Assembly: GCF_006345805.1 (NCBI RefSeq) | Contig: NC_043012.1 | Location: 29,884,001-29,948,000 of the forward strand | Reading direction: 5' to 3' | DNA length: 64,000 nt | Source of the DNA: Octopus sinensis | Taxonomy: Eukaryota | Shown: positions 1 through 11,549 of the stretch, piece by piece | How positions within the stretch are numbered: the stretch's first letter is position 1 | Layout: the number at the start of each line of letters is the position of its first letter | The notes under the pieces: generated by a model | Database searches by the model: none | Told to the model about the DNA's origin: nothing | What the model saw: only the letters and a program-made list of their open reading frames with translations | Translations under genes and position numbers: made by a program

Positions 1-336
1 TTTCTTTAACACTTCTTCCAAATACAAAAACACACACATGCTCTCTCTCTCTCTCTCTCTCTCTCACACTTCTCCTCATCCATCACCCTCTTGCACTGTC
101 TTATATCCCTCCCCACCACTACACACTCAATAACACTATAAAATGGTCAAAACTTTTTACACAGGAACTTAGTTCGATTTGAAAACCCCACTAGAATGGG
201 AGGAAGGGCTAATACATGATCTAAGTTATATGATGTATAAAAACATGTAATATACAAATAAATATCTGTAAATATAAAACCATCCGAATTTCTGAGTACT
301 TCTAATATAAAATACCTGTACATCATCTCCAAACCT

Positions 337-385
<49 letters not shown>

Positions 386-678
386 GAAAAATCAAAATGA
401 AGGTAAAATGAGTATTTCAAGTCATTTAGAATAATTTAATTAGGGTAAATTTGAAGTCTTACAACCGTTTCTGGGATGACCTAGGTGGTTGGTTAGCATG
501 TTTGTGCACTGGGTATTCCATCATCAGAGAAAAAGTGTGAATTTTTTAGACGGGGAAATTTCACAGATTACAAGGAATAAAATAGAAATACAGTTCTATA
601 TTTAAGAGATGAGGAATTCTGTACATTATTTATATTACTTACATTTGACGGGTATTTGTCTTCATCTTGTTTGTTGTT

Positions 679-724
679 AACACAACGTTTCAGCTGATAT
701 ACCCTCCAGCCTTCATCAAGTGTC
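679..724 (-). ncRNA. Minimal type-I hammerhead ribozyme motif, family A (C3U mutated copy)
   Basis: GACAC-TTGATGA-A-GGCTG(gagggtatat)CAGCT-GAAA-CGT-T-GTGTT; stem I GACAC/GTGTT, palindromic ACGT stem III. Confidence 0.75.
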
Positions 725-1001
725 TTGGAGAAATTTTGAACCTGGGTTCTCATTCCTAAGTTATTTTTCGATGTTATTATTCTGATCCCTGCCTGGAATT
801 GTAGTCAGAATTGGGGTTAGTAGCCCGTGCTCTTAACCACTACGCCATGGACATATTGCATAGTGGTTAAGATCACAGGCTACTAACCCCAAGATTCCGA
901 GTTTGATTCCAGGCATGGTCCTGAATAATAATAATAATAATAATGACAACAACATCAAAAAATACCTTAGGAATGAGAAGCCAGGTTCAAAATTTCCCCA
1001 A

Positions 1002-1047
1002 GACACCTGATGAATGCTGGAGGGTATATCAGCTGAAATGTTGTGTT
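1002..1047 (+). ncRNA. Minimal type-I hammerhead ribozyme motif, family A
   Basis: GACAC-CTGATGA-A-TGCTG(gagggtatat)CAGCT-GAAA-TGT-T-GTGTT; intact CUGAUGA and GAAA, CpG-type decay in stem III. Confidence 0.75.
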
Positions 1048-1460
1048 AACAACAAACGAGATGAGAACAAATATCCATCAAATGTAAATAATGTAAATAA
1101 TGTGAATAAAATAGAAGAATAAAGAGTAAAAGTAGCTTACTCCTTTATTTTTCTATTTTAATCCTTATATACTGTGAATTTTATTCCTTGTGTGTGTGTG
1201 TGGGGGTCACTTGACTGACCAGACTATCAGACAATGTAACTTGCATTGTTGTAGCTTTTGAATGTTGCCCCTGCACTGGTTAAGTGGGCAGAGCCAACAT
1301 TCCCCTCTTAAATGGTATGACAGTCCATCACAGGGGTACCCGTTTACAGCTGAATGGACTGGAATAACGGGAAATGAATATGTAGCAGTCTGGGAATTGA
1401 AACCACGATGTTATCATGAGTGCAGCGCTTTAATCACCATACCACACACCTTTATTTATA

Positions 1461-1740
1461 TCAGATGTTGCTACACATCGCTGGTCACCATGCGCTTCAC
1501 ATTGTTTTAGCCTCCAAATGATGCCACCCCGCTGGCTAAGTGAGCAGGCCAACAGAAGAAAGAGTGAGATATTGTTGTGACGAAAGAGTACAGCAGGGAT
1601 CGCCACCACCTCCTGCCAGAGCCTTGTGGAACTTTAGGTGTTTTCACTCAATAAACACTCACAACGTCCGGTCTGGGAATCGAAACCGCGATCCTACGAC
1701 TGCGTGTCCGCTGCCCTAACCACTGGGCCATTATGCCTCC
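1461..1740 (-). mobile_element. tRNA-derived SINE
   Basis: Head on - reads GGAGGCATAATGGCCCAGTGGTTAGGGCAGCGGAC...GGTTTCGATTCC (A/B boxes); body also present in opposite orientation at about 53154-53302. Confidence 0.75.
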
Positions 1741-1839
1741 ACACACACACACATATATATATATATATAATATTATATGCATTTATATATGCATACACAC
1801 ACACACAAGTATGTACTGACTCTCATTTTTATCTAACAG

Positions 1840-1946
1840 GTAATCAAGAAGTTGTCGTGATTCTTGGAGGGTTTGGCTCCCACCAGAATTTAGTTGACAC
1901 TGTTGAAATGTACAATCCAAAGACATCAGAATGGAAATATCTACCT
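1840..1946 (+). CDS. KLHL12: Kelch-like protein 12, internal exon (start of kelch repeat 1)
   Basis: ctaacag|...|gtaagt splice sites; encodes GNQEVVVILGGFGSHQNLVDTVEMYNPKTSEWKYLP, matching KLHL12 [32 protein letters not shown]; phases join to the next exon. Confidence 0.93.
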
Positions 1947-2044
1947 GTAAGTACCATTGTCAGTATTATTCTCTGTTTCAGAGGAAGGCATAGATGTTTA
2001 TAACAATCTAATCTTTTATGCTAACAAAAAACCCTTAAAGGATT

Positions 2045-2540
2045 TAACCCTAAATCTAAAATAGATTGAAATGCAATAGATCGATACTAGGGCCATAATC
2101 ATGGGTGACATTTTCATTTGACACCGCTAGAAAAAAATCTCATTTTCCGTAGCGGTGTCAAATGAAAATGTCACCCATAATTATGGCCCTAGTATCAATC
2201 TATTGCATTTCAATCTATTTTAGATTTAGGGTTAGAGTTAGGGGTGGGGGAAGGGTATTTTTTTTCTTCACAAATGTAAATAAACCCAATGTGTTTCTTA
2301 AAGGAGGGACATATTCATACAGCACGGAATGTTGTTTACCTAAATGGAGGTCAGGGATTGGTTAAAATTGCCGAAATGCTTGAAATTAAAGTGGAAATAT
2401 GTTACAACATATAGAATTTTCTCAATAAAGCCAAGAAAAAATGATGTTTTATAAACACATTCTACCAGTATACGAAGTTTAAAAGTGTTTAGTTAACTAG
2501 AAATTATGTTACAAAGTGCCGTTCAAAAGGAAAAGATCCA
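2045..2540. mobile_element. MITE-like element with an 85-bp near-perfect foldback (2045-2234)
   Basis: taaccctaaatctaaaatag...gacaccgcta / tagcggtgtc...ctattttagatttagggtta inverted around a 20-bp spacer; right end ...gccgttcaaaaggaaaagatcc. Confidence 0.6.
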
Positions 2541-2668
2541 TGCTTATTTAATTCACATTGTTTCAAATTAATTATGCTTTATCTCATAGATTTGAGATTT
2601 TGACGATGTGATTGTTTATTTTGAAAATGACATTGTAGGGTAGGTGTGAGAAGCTGGATCTGGATGGT

Positions 2669-2896
2669 TTAACTCTTTCGTATTCAAATTTTTCTGTTGA
2701 ATGTAAAGCTTATTTATTCACATTGCTTTGAATTAATCCTGCATTATCTCATAGCTTTGAGAGTTCAATAATGTGATTGTTGTATTTTTACAAGGACATT
2801 GTAGGGTAGGTGTGAGAGATCTGATCTGGCTGGTTTCAACATATAACGTAAAAAATATTTGGCCAGATATGGCTGGTTTAAATGCTGAAGGGTTAA
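2669..2896. mobile_element. piggyBac-like (TTAA) MITE nested in an older copy of the same family (about 2541-2945)
   Basis: TTAActcttt...aagggTTAA ends; homologous sequence on both flanks; another copy at 34999-35214. Confidence 0.7.
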
Positions 2897-3483
2897 ATAA
2901 AAATCAGGCAGAATATTTGGGCTGGATATGACCAGTTGAAATGCTCAAGGGTGGGATATTCTGAGATATTTGCTTGACATTTGTTAACAGCACATGACAG
3001 GAACAGGGAGGATATAAATAGGGGTCTCCTGGAATGTGTGAGGAGAGGATTTTCTGCTGTGAGATTCCCTGTGGTACAGCAGAACCTGCACATTGATACA
3101 CAACATTCATTGTGATGTCCCTTTATCTCCGGACGATATTACCTGGATAGCAATGTCATTGGTCATTACCCTTTGCTGTGAATCCGCTCCTACAAGCGAA
3201 GAGGATATTCTGTCTAGTGACTTTGTCCAAGGAGGGGCAATGCCCATGGATTTTGTCATGGCTTTGGTCGGTCATCATACTTGCCCAAATTGCCATTCAG
3301 TGGAACTGAACCCAAAACTACATGACTGCAAAGCCATGTTCTTAATTCCATTGTCATGTCTGTGACTATACAAAGTCTTTGAGTGAACCAAAGCCACCTT
3401 TTGTAAATCTACAAGACTCCGCTTTGTGTAATATCCATTTTCATCTTAATTAATCACCAAATTATTCTAATTGGTTCCACTAG

Positions 3484-3676
3484 AGTCTGCTGAAATCCCG
3501 GCGCTATGTATCTGCAGTATCATTAAATGGTAAAATTTATGTTATTGGTGGCTATGATGGTCAAGCACGGTTAAACTCTGTAGAATGTTTGGACACAACA
3601 GCTGAAGAAGCCCAATGGCAAAATGTGGCACCAATGAATCAACACAGAGGCTTAGCAGGAGCTTGTGTTTACAAAG
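3484..3676 (+). CDS. KLHL12: Kelch-like protein 12 exon
   Basis: ccactag|...|gtag; [64 protein letters not shown]; not in the ORF track; phase 0 to 1. Confidence 0.95.
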
Positions 3677-4732
3677 GTAGAGAATTGGATTTCTTTAAAT
3701 ATTTCGGAGTGGTGTGATGATGGTGATGATGATGTTGTTGTTATTGTTGTCATTGGTGGTTTAAGATTTATTGTGATGGTGATGGTGGTGTTGTTATTGT
3801 AGTTGTTGATGTTGTTGTTAGTGATGATGGTTAGCTGGTTGTTAGTATTGTGCTGCAAGATAATGTTGTTATTGCTGTTTAGCCCTGAGTTGATCCTGGT
3901 CAAGCTGACCTGTAGCTAAAAGTTTACAAGCCTTCACTGTCCTCTCTTTTCATTTTAGGATATTGTCCAATGCACATTTTATGTTTTAATAGATTTGGAT
4001 CTTATTCAAGGTAATGAGCTGGCAGAATCATTATCGCTCCAGACAAAATGCTTTGTGGCATTTCATCTGTCTTTACATTGCGAGTTCAAATTCCACCAAA
4101 GCTGATTTTGTCTTTCATCTATTCAGGGTCAGTAGAATAAGTACCAGTTGATTGCAGGGGTCAATGTGATCGATGTAGCCCCTCCTCTTGAATTATTGGT
4201 CTTGTGGAAAAATATGAAAGCAATATATTACAATGTTATTTGATGGAATTTGACTGTTGTTTCTAGCAAGACATGCAATCACATAACCTGACTCATTCTG
4301 AAAGATGTGTTGACATTCTTCTTAGTGGTATGCTTGTTTTTTAACCTTGGGCAGACTCCCATTGACCAGAAAAGGATCAATGACAGCCCGGCTGTTATGT
4401 TCCTGTCTTGTGGAGAAGAATACTGCATCTCAAAGTGCAGCACATAATCTGGTTTCCCTGCATTTTTAATGCTATTCCTTTGTGATATGAGATTTCTCTG
4501 CCATTTCTAGCAAGTTCAGTCACAAGCAAAGGGTTTTACATCATCAAGTGGTTTGTGAGGTTGTAGTGACTGGATGCTGAATCCAGAAGTAGTTTATGTG
4601 GTAGTAGTGAGTAGTTATAGTGAGTCAATGTAGCAAGTAGTTTATGAGGTAGTTGTCACTGGATAGTTAACGAAGAAATAATTTATTAGATAATATTAAC
4701 TGAATTGTGTAGGAATCAACTGCTTTTCTGAG

Positions 4733-4960
4733 TTGTGGATGTCGTTGGTGTCATGTAAATGGCACCTGTGCTGGTGGCACATAAAAAGCACCCATTACAC
4801 TCTTGGAGTGGTTGGCATTAGGAAGGGCATCATCCAGCCACAGAAACCTTGCCAAATCAGACAGGAACCTGGTGCAGCTCTCTGGTTTACCAGTTCCAGT
4901 CAAACCGTCCAACCCATGCCAGCAGGGAAAGCGGATGTTAAATGGTGATGGTGATGATGA
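4733..4960 (-). mobile_element. RTE-tail SINE / RTE 3' UTR fragment
   Basis: gtggcacataaaaagcacccattacactc...ccatgccagc...(GAT)n is homologous to the 3' UTR of the RTE LINEs at 59.5 and 61.6 kb; a similar copy lies at about 27470-27903. Confidence 0.7.
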
Positions 4961-5755
4961 CATATTTTTGTTTTAATAATTAAATGAAAGATTGATGTAT
5001 GTTAGAATTATTTGGATGGTTTAATATGTGTGAACGGCAGGTCTGACTGCAGATTCCCACATAAAGTTATGACCTATTGAAATGTCATCATCATCATCAT
5101 ATCCTTTCGCATCTGTCTTCCTGGCTGATGTGGGTTGGACCGTTTGACAGAATCTCACTAAATTGGAAGACTGCTTCATGCTCCAGTGTCTGGGTATGAT
5201 GTGGTTTCTGTGGCTGGGTGCCTTTCTTAAATCCAACTACTTTACTGAATGTTCTCGATGCTCATTTTGGGACCCTAGTGCAAATGATGTCAGTAATTTG
5301 CAAGACAATGAAAATGTCCCCCTTGTCTCTGTATATTTGTTGCCATGGTCTGAAAGGTATGACAGAGGGAGAAGCACAGGTGTTTCTGTAATGGAGGAGA
5401 TATGTGGCTACCCTGTATAATTAAGAGTGGTCATAAGTTGCTGGAAAGAAGACAAAAGCAGTACTGACAAGTTTACTGTCAAGGGACAAGAAGATGAGTT
5501 TGTAAAAGAATTGAGAGGAAAGGTGAAGAGTGGTGACCAATGAAAAGATAAGGATGTGAGAGGAAAGTTAAAAGAAGGAGATGGAACAGACAGTTTGAAG
5601 AAGGAGATGGAAGTGAATGGAGTATGGAGTGTGAAGGGGAAAGAAATAGGATTGGCTGAAATGGTGAAAGATTTGTACTGAGGTTCCAGGCTTCAGTGGT
5701 CATCACTGACCAATGACAAATTTACAAGGCAAAATCATGTTTGATCTCTTTCCAG

Positions 5756-6013
5756 GGAAAATCTATGTTTGTGGTGGGTTTGATGGTTACTCTCGACACA
5801 CAAGTATGGAGGTTTATAATGTTGTGCTTGACCAGTGGATATTACTGTGTGGTATGTCTGTTGGTCGTGAAGGAGCTGGACTTGTTGTGGCCAGAGACAA
5901 GATTTACTGTATTGGAGGATATGATGGGGTTAATCTCCTTGATTCAGGAGAAGTTTATGATCCAGACACTGAACGATGGTCACCCATGGAACCAATGTCC
6001 ACTCGACGATCAG
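5756..6013 (+). CDS. KLHL12: Kelch-like protein 12 exon
   Basis: tttccag|...|gtcag; GKIYVCGGFDGYSRHTSMEVY...REGAGLVVARDKIYCIGGYDG...MSTRRS; phase 1 to 1. Confidence 0.95.
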
Positions 6014-7000
6014 GTCAGCAGCTTACCTTTATTTCGGCTTGTATTTTTTTTTCCTTTTGTGTTTGTTTATTATTGTTATTTATTTCCCTTTTTTTTTTCT
6101 GTCTGTAAAAACTGGACACATTATTCGATAGAAATTTTACTTCATATTAATTTATATAGACATAGATATTTGACCTACAAATGTCAATGTATATGTGTTG
6201 CTGAAGTGAACAGTTAGGTTGTAGGTGCTACCATAGTGTAGCCAAATACTAAGGTTAGTACAATCAACTATTCCTGCAATGAAAAATGGGTGACCATTTT
6301 TTCCAGTAGTAAAAATCCCTGTTATTTTCATCAGTAAGTGACAGAAATTATCTTGTTAGCAAATAAAGGAAGTTAATCCTGGACAAGTTCTGCCTTGTTG
6401 TGTTTTTTCAGTAGCAATTACAGACCATTCTCTTACCAAATAAATAGCTTAGTAAACATTCTAAATGATAAATTTTTTTGTCTTAGATTGAAATTGATAA
6501 GTATATTAATTTAAGATGACAACAATTAATTTGGTGAAAAAATATTTTTCTACATATTCCACTTACAAACTTATGCATAATTAAATCTTTAGTTGTTGCT
6601 GTTATTGTTTGGCCCAGGACAGCTCTAATCTAGCAACCCTACAACCAAAGGTGTTCCATCTGTGACCACCCTTTCTTTTAATGTTTTATTCCCCATTCTA
6701 TACTTAAGGCCTTCCTTGATGTTGCTGTTTACCCCCGGGGCAGTCACAGTCATGCAGACCTTCGATCAAAACCATTCCAGCCATGATGACATCTTTTATT
6801 TACACATTGTATCCAGGATGCATTATACATTGTGTTCCCCTCTTTGTTTTTTCTTAATACAGGACAATGTGACTTGATGGTGATTTGGCTGCTATTTCTG
6901 GCATAAAGACCAACCACACATATGCTGTTATGTTGAATGTTCAAATTGTTAGTGTATCCTTTATGTATATTTAAATTGCTGATGTAATTATCTGTTTTAG

Positions 7001-7187
7001 GGGCAGGTGTTGCTGTTGTTAATGACATCATATATGTGTGTGGTGGCTATGATGGCTCGAACCATTTGTCCAGCGTAGAATGTTACAACAGCTACACTGG
7101 TCACTGGACATCAATACAGAATATGACTGTACCAAGATGTTATGTTGGTGCTTGTATCTTACGAGGGAAGCTTCTAGTGGTTGCTGG
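7001..7187 (+). CDS. KLHL12: Kelch-like protein 12 exon
   Basis: ttttag|...|gtaagt; [63 protein letters not shown]; phase 1 to 2. Confidence 0.95.
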
Positions 7188-7793
7188 GTAAGTTGTAGTT
7201 TTTCCATCATTTAACTTTGCCGTCCTTGCATGGGTCAAACAGAATTCATTGAGACAGTTCTTCTACAGCCAGATGCCCTTCCTGTCACCCACCTTCAACT
7301 GTTTCCAGATAATATGTCCTCAGGGCCAGACATGTTCGTCATGGAGCACTGGAAATGAACAACATCATTCATACAATGGTGATGCTCATTTGTAGCCATC
7401 ACCTGATGTCAAGACAAGGACACACACACACACTATGAGCTTCTTTCAGTTTCCATCTACCAAATACACTCACAAAGCTTTGGTTGATATCTGCCAAAAG
7501 TGTTACACTGTGGGACTGAACCCAAAATCTCATGCTTGGGAAGCAAGCTTCTTAACCACGCAGCAAACTCTGTGACTGAATTAGTCTCCTTCTGTAACTT
7601 CGTTAATTGGATACAATTAATTATGTTAAATAACTTAAGTGCAATCATGGCTGTGTTGTTAAGTTCACTTCTTGAAGCTGTAGTCTTAGGTTCAGTCCCA
7701 CTTGGTAGCACTTTAGCCCTAAGCAACCCTAACCATAACCCAAGCCCTTGCCTGTAGATTCGGTTGACAGAAACTGAAAGAAGGCTGTTGTAG

Positions 7794-7837
<44 letters not shown>

Positions 7838-8639
7838 TGTGTGTGTGCTTGTTTACCTCTTCAATCAGTATGCAGTGTCATTGTTGTCGTCAGTCTCTCC
7901 TGTCAACAAGTCATCCATATTGACTGTGCCTTGGCAGCTCATAAGAAATAAGTGGTCGCTTATTTGCAGTTAAGGGTTAATGCCTGGAAGAGTATCCAGC
8001 TATAAAACAATGCCTCAAATAACATGAGTAACTCATGTAAGCATGGTAAAATAAATGCACAACAAACAAGCATTCATTGAGGAATGTTGGTGGTCTGCCC
8101 ACCCAGCCTGTGGAGTGGCATCATTTTGTTAACTAAGTACTTCGGGAACAGCTTTGTAAGCCAACATCTGGTCGATATAGTAATACAGATATGTGTATAT
8201 ATATCACGCATATCATCATTTTAATGTCCATGGATCAGACTGAAGATCAGATTTTCTATGGCTGGATGCCTTTTCTTTTGCCAAATCTTGCCTGTTTCCA
8301 AACAATCTAATACTTCTCCTATGACCAGAAATATTTTCATATATGAAGGCAAAGAGACAGAAACACACACACTGGGTTTCTTTCAGTTTCCGTCTACCAA
8401 ATCCACTCACAAAGCATTGGAAGATACTTAGCCAAAGTGCCATTCTTCAGGTGTCTTCTATAATCTTGGGCCCACCAATGTCTTCTGAGTTGATCCACCA
8501 TAGATTTCTTCTGTACACATGTAATAAATAAAATTTTTTTTGAAGTTTGAGATTGTTTTTTGTTGTTTTTTTTCCTTCTTTTTTTGTTTATTCTTACCAT
8601 TTCTTTTTCAAAATTTCCTCCATCTTCTGTATATTTCAG

Positions 8640-8787
8640 GTATGATGGAAATACATTGCTAAATTCTATGGAGAGTTTTGACCCCTTGAAGAACACTTGG
8701 GAAATAATCGGCCAGAATATGTCCACCCAACGTTGTGATGCTGGTGTTGCAATCATCCGCTATTTTCCTGAACATCTTTGTCAATGA
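8640..8787 (+). CDS. KLHL12: Kelch-like protein 12, last coding exon
   Basis: atttcag|; YDGNTLLNSMESFDPLKNTWEIIGQNMSTQRCDAGVAIIRYFPEHLCQ*; TQRCDAGV matches the KLHL12 C-terminus. Confidence 0.95.
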
Positions 8788-9395
8788 AGGACTCTCGAGA
8801 TTTCAGTATATACATATATACATATATACATACACACACAAATATGCATGCATACATACACACACAAATCTCTCTCTCCCTCCCTCTCTATATATGTATG
8901 TATTTATATATATATATATATATATAATATATATATATATAGATATATATATATATATAAACTAGAGTGACAGATATGTGTGTACACATATATATGTGTG
9001 TATATACACATATATATGTGTGTATATATATATATATATTACATAATTACATATAGGGACCATCATTTTGTTTAATCGCTCTTTCGCATGTTCTTACACA
9101 TTAGCATACTGATCTCATATAAAGTAACACACACACACATTCACTCATACAACATGTATAAACATATATACACTCATACTGATATAAGAATGTGTGTGTG
9201 TGTGTGTGTGTGGATAGCTTGATAAATTGATAGAAATAGACAGACAGAACATATTTTGTGTGTGTGTGTGTGCATGATTACATACAAATTTCTTCATATT
9301 GTATATATGTGTGTGTATGTACATATATACACTGACATACATACACATTGATATAGTGATCAAGCATATTTCATATATCATAGTGATAAATGCTC

Positions 9396-9406
9396 AATAA
9401 AATAAA
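9396..9406 (+). terminator. Candidate polyadenylation signals (overlapping AATAAA) for KLHL12
   Basis: ctcAATAAAATAAA about 610 nt after the stop; AT-rich context makes this weak. Confidence 0.3.
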
Positions 9407-11116
9407 TATAAGGTTAATTTATATATTTTTATGCAATCATGGAAACCTGTCAATCCGTGTTGCTAACAGTTTTTAAAGATAATCAAAGTCATTGAGTACA
9501 TACTGCCAAGCTCAAGTGACTCATTCTGTTTGTGTTGCTTGATTTATGTGGGCATAAAAGAAGCAGTCTTTACTTCTGTTTATGCTTTAAATTTGTGAAA
9601 TGATAGACTTTTCCTCTGACATTTTCTAAATCTTAAACCATAGAACATGGTTAAATGGTGATCATTTGGAATGATTCCTTGACAGTTGACCTATTTACTT
9701 GCATTGAATATAATTTAAGGATTACTTAAAAAATTTTCTAGAGCTTTGTTACATAATTTTATTATATTTTGTCTACCAATATTCCTGAAAGAAGAGGTGT
9801 GATTGTAAAATCATCTTTTGAACAGTATTCCTGTCATGCTAATACAGTACCATCCTGAAGGATTATAGTGGTATGAGAGAAGACCTGTTCAAAAGAAAAC
9901 TTTAACAAAAACACTGGTAGAGGAAATGTAACAAAACTCATGAATATCTTTGAAAACTTTTATTAACATATAAATTTATGGGTTTCAATGATTGCATTGT
10001 CCACATGTGTGTATGTGTCTACATACATACACATATATACATACAGACATACATAAATACAAACATACACACATATGTATAAACATTTGTGGAAAACAGA
10101 AAAGAATTTACAAACTAAATAAAAAATAACACTAAAAAACTAAACTATCTCAAGAAATGAATATAAAAATTGAAATTTTAAAAAAACCCAAATATTTATT
10201 AAAATTACTTTTTCAGAAAACTTTGAAACAAAACAAAAAAATTATTACAGAAACACAAATAACAACAGCAAAAAAAAAACAACAAAAAACTGTTCATTTG
10301 CTGTCTGAAATGTGTCCAAAGATAAGATTCTTTGGTCAAGAACAACCAAAATATTTATTTATTTACTGCTTTTTTGATGAACATATAATTCATCTGTCCA
10401 CTTCCTGTTCCCCTTTGGGATACAACTGATTTTTTTACTCCTTCTTTTTCTGTTCATTCTATCATCATGACCATGTTGTCAATAGGTCCACCATGTCCTC
10501 ATTACCACTATGTCGACATGTCCACTTTGTCAAAATGGCTGTTGTCCATTCTGTCAGAACGTTCACTGTTCCAACATGTCCACTCTGCCAACATGACCAA
10601 CCAGTCAATATCTCAGCTGTGACAATATGTCCAATTTGTCAACCTGACAGCTGCCACATGTCCATTCTGTCAAAGTGTCGATTCTGTCAACATTTCCAAT
10701 GTGTTATCACAACCCCTATGTCCACATGTACATTCTTTCAAATCTTCTACTCTCCCACATGTCCACTGTTTTCACTGTCCACTTTATTACATGTCTGGCC
10801 ACTGCATTGGGTGTCCACTACATCAGATATCCATTGTATTCCTTGTCCACCTTATCCACTGCTATTAATCCGATCAGTTGAGTGGAAGAAGAAAGCAAAA
10901 AAAGAAAAAACTCAGCAACCCCTACCAGCCAGTCATTACTCCCTGTCCCCCCCCCCAACACACACAAAAAAGACATGCAAAACAAAGATAAAATTTAAAA
11001 GAAAAGAAAAAATATCTAAATTGACTCCCAATTTTGCAGGGAAAATTCTTTCAATTGCATTTCTATCCAACTAAAAAGAAAAGATTTAGCATATTATTAT
11101 TATTATTATTATTATG

Positions 11117-11320
11117 AAGGCAGCGAGCTGGCAGATTCGGTAGTATGCTGGATGAAATGCTTAGCGATATTTCGCCTGTCACTATGTTCTGAGTTCAAAT
11201 TCTGCCGAGGTTGACTTTGCCTTTCATCCTTTCAGGGTTGATAAAATAAGTACCAGTTGGGGGTCAATGTAATCGACTCATCCCCACCTCCCCCAAGCTG
11301 CTCTTGTAGCAGAATTTGAA

Positions 11321-11325
<5 letters not shown>
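11117..11325 (+). mobile_element. SINE with GCCTTTCATCCTTT..GGG.TGATAAAATAAGTACCAG core (MetaSINE-like)
   Basis: Core repeated at about 4016-4225, 13434-13555, 17755-17955 (+) and 24062-24270, 42715-42875 (-); (TTA)n tails; family name is from recall, not from a search. Confidence 0.7.
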
Positions 11326-11360
<35 letters not shown>

Positions 11361-11518
11361 TCTTATGTTTTGAGTTCAAATTCTGCTGAGGTCAAGTTTA
11401 CCTTTCATCCTTTTGAGGTCAATGAAATATAAAAATACTTGTCAGTTACAGGGGTCTATGTAATTGACTAACTCCTCCTCCTCCTGAAATTACTGGCCTT
11501 GTGCAGTTATTAGAAACC

Positions 11519-11549
<31 letters not shown>

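Larger units (their letters stand above)
623..1103. mobile_element. Head-to-head palindromic dimer of a tRNA-headed, hammerhead-bearing SINE-like element
   Basis: Arms 623-847 and 857-1103 are inverted copies; each reads outward as tRNA-like head (TGGCGTAGTGG A box; GAGTTTGATTCC B-box-like), then (AAT)n, hammerhead and AT-rich tail. Confidence 0.85.

Noticed and set aside
857-923. tRNA gene call for the SINE heads
   Set aside because: No complete acceptor stem or cloverleaf; SINE-derived pseudo-tRNA
7717-7741. Telomere-like CCCTAA variants (also 34855-34866)
   Set aside because: Only 2-3 degenerate units
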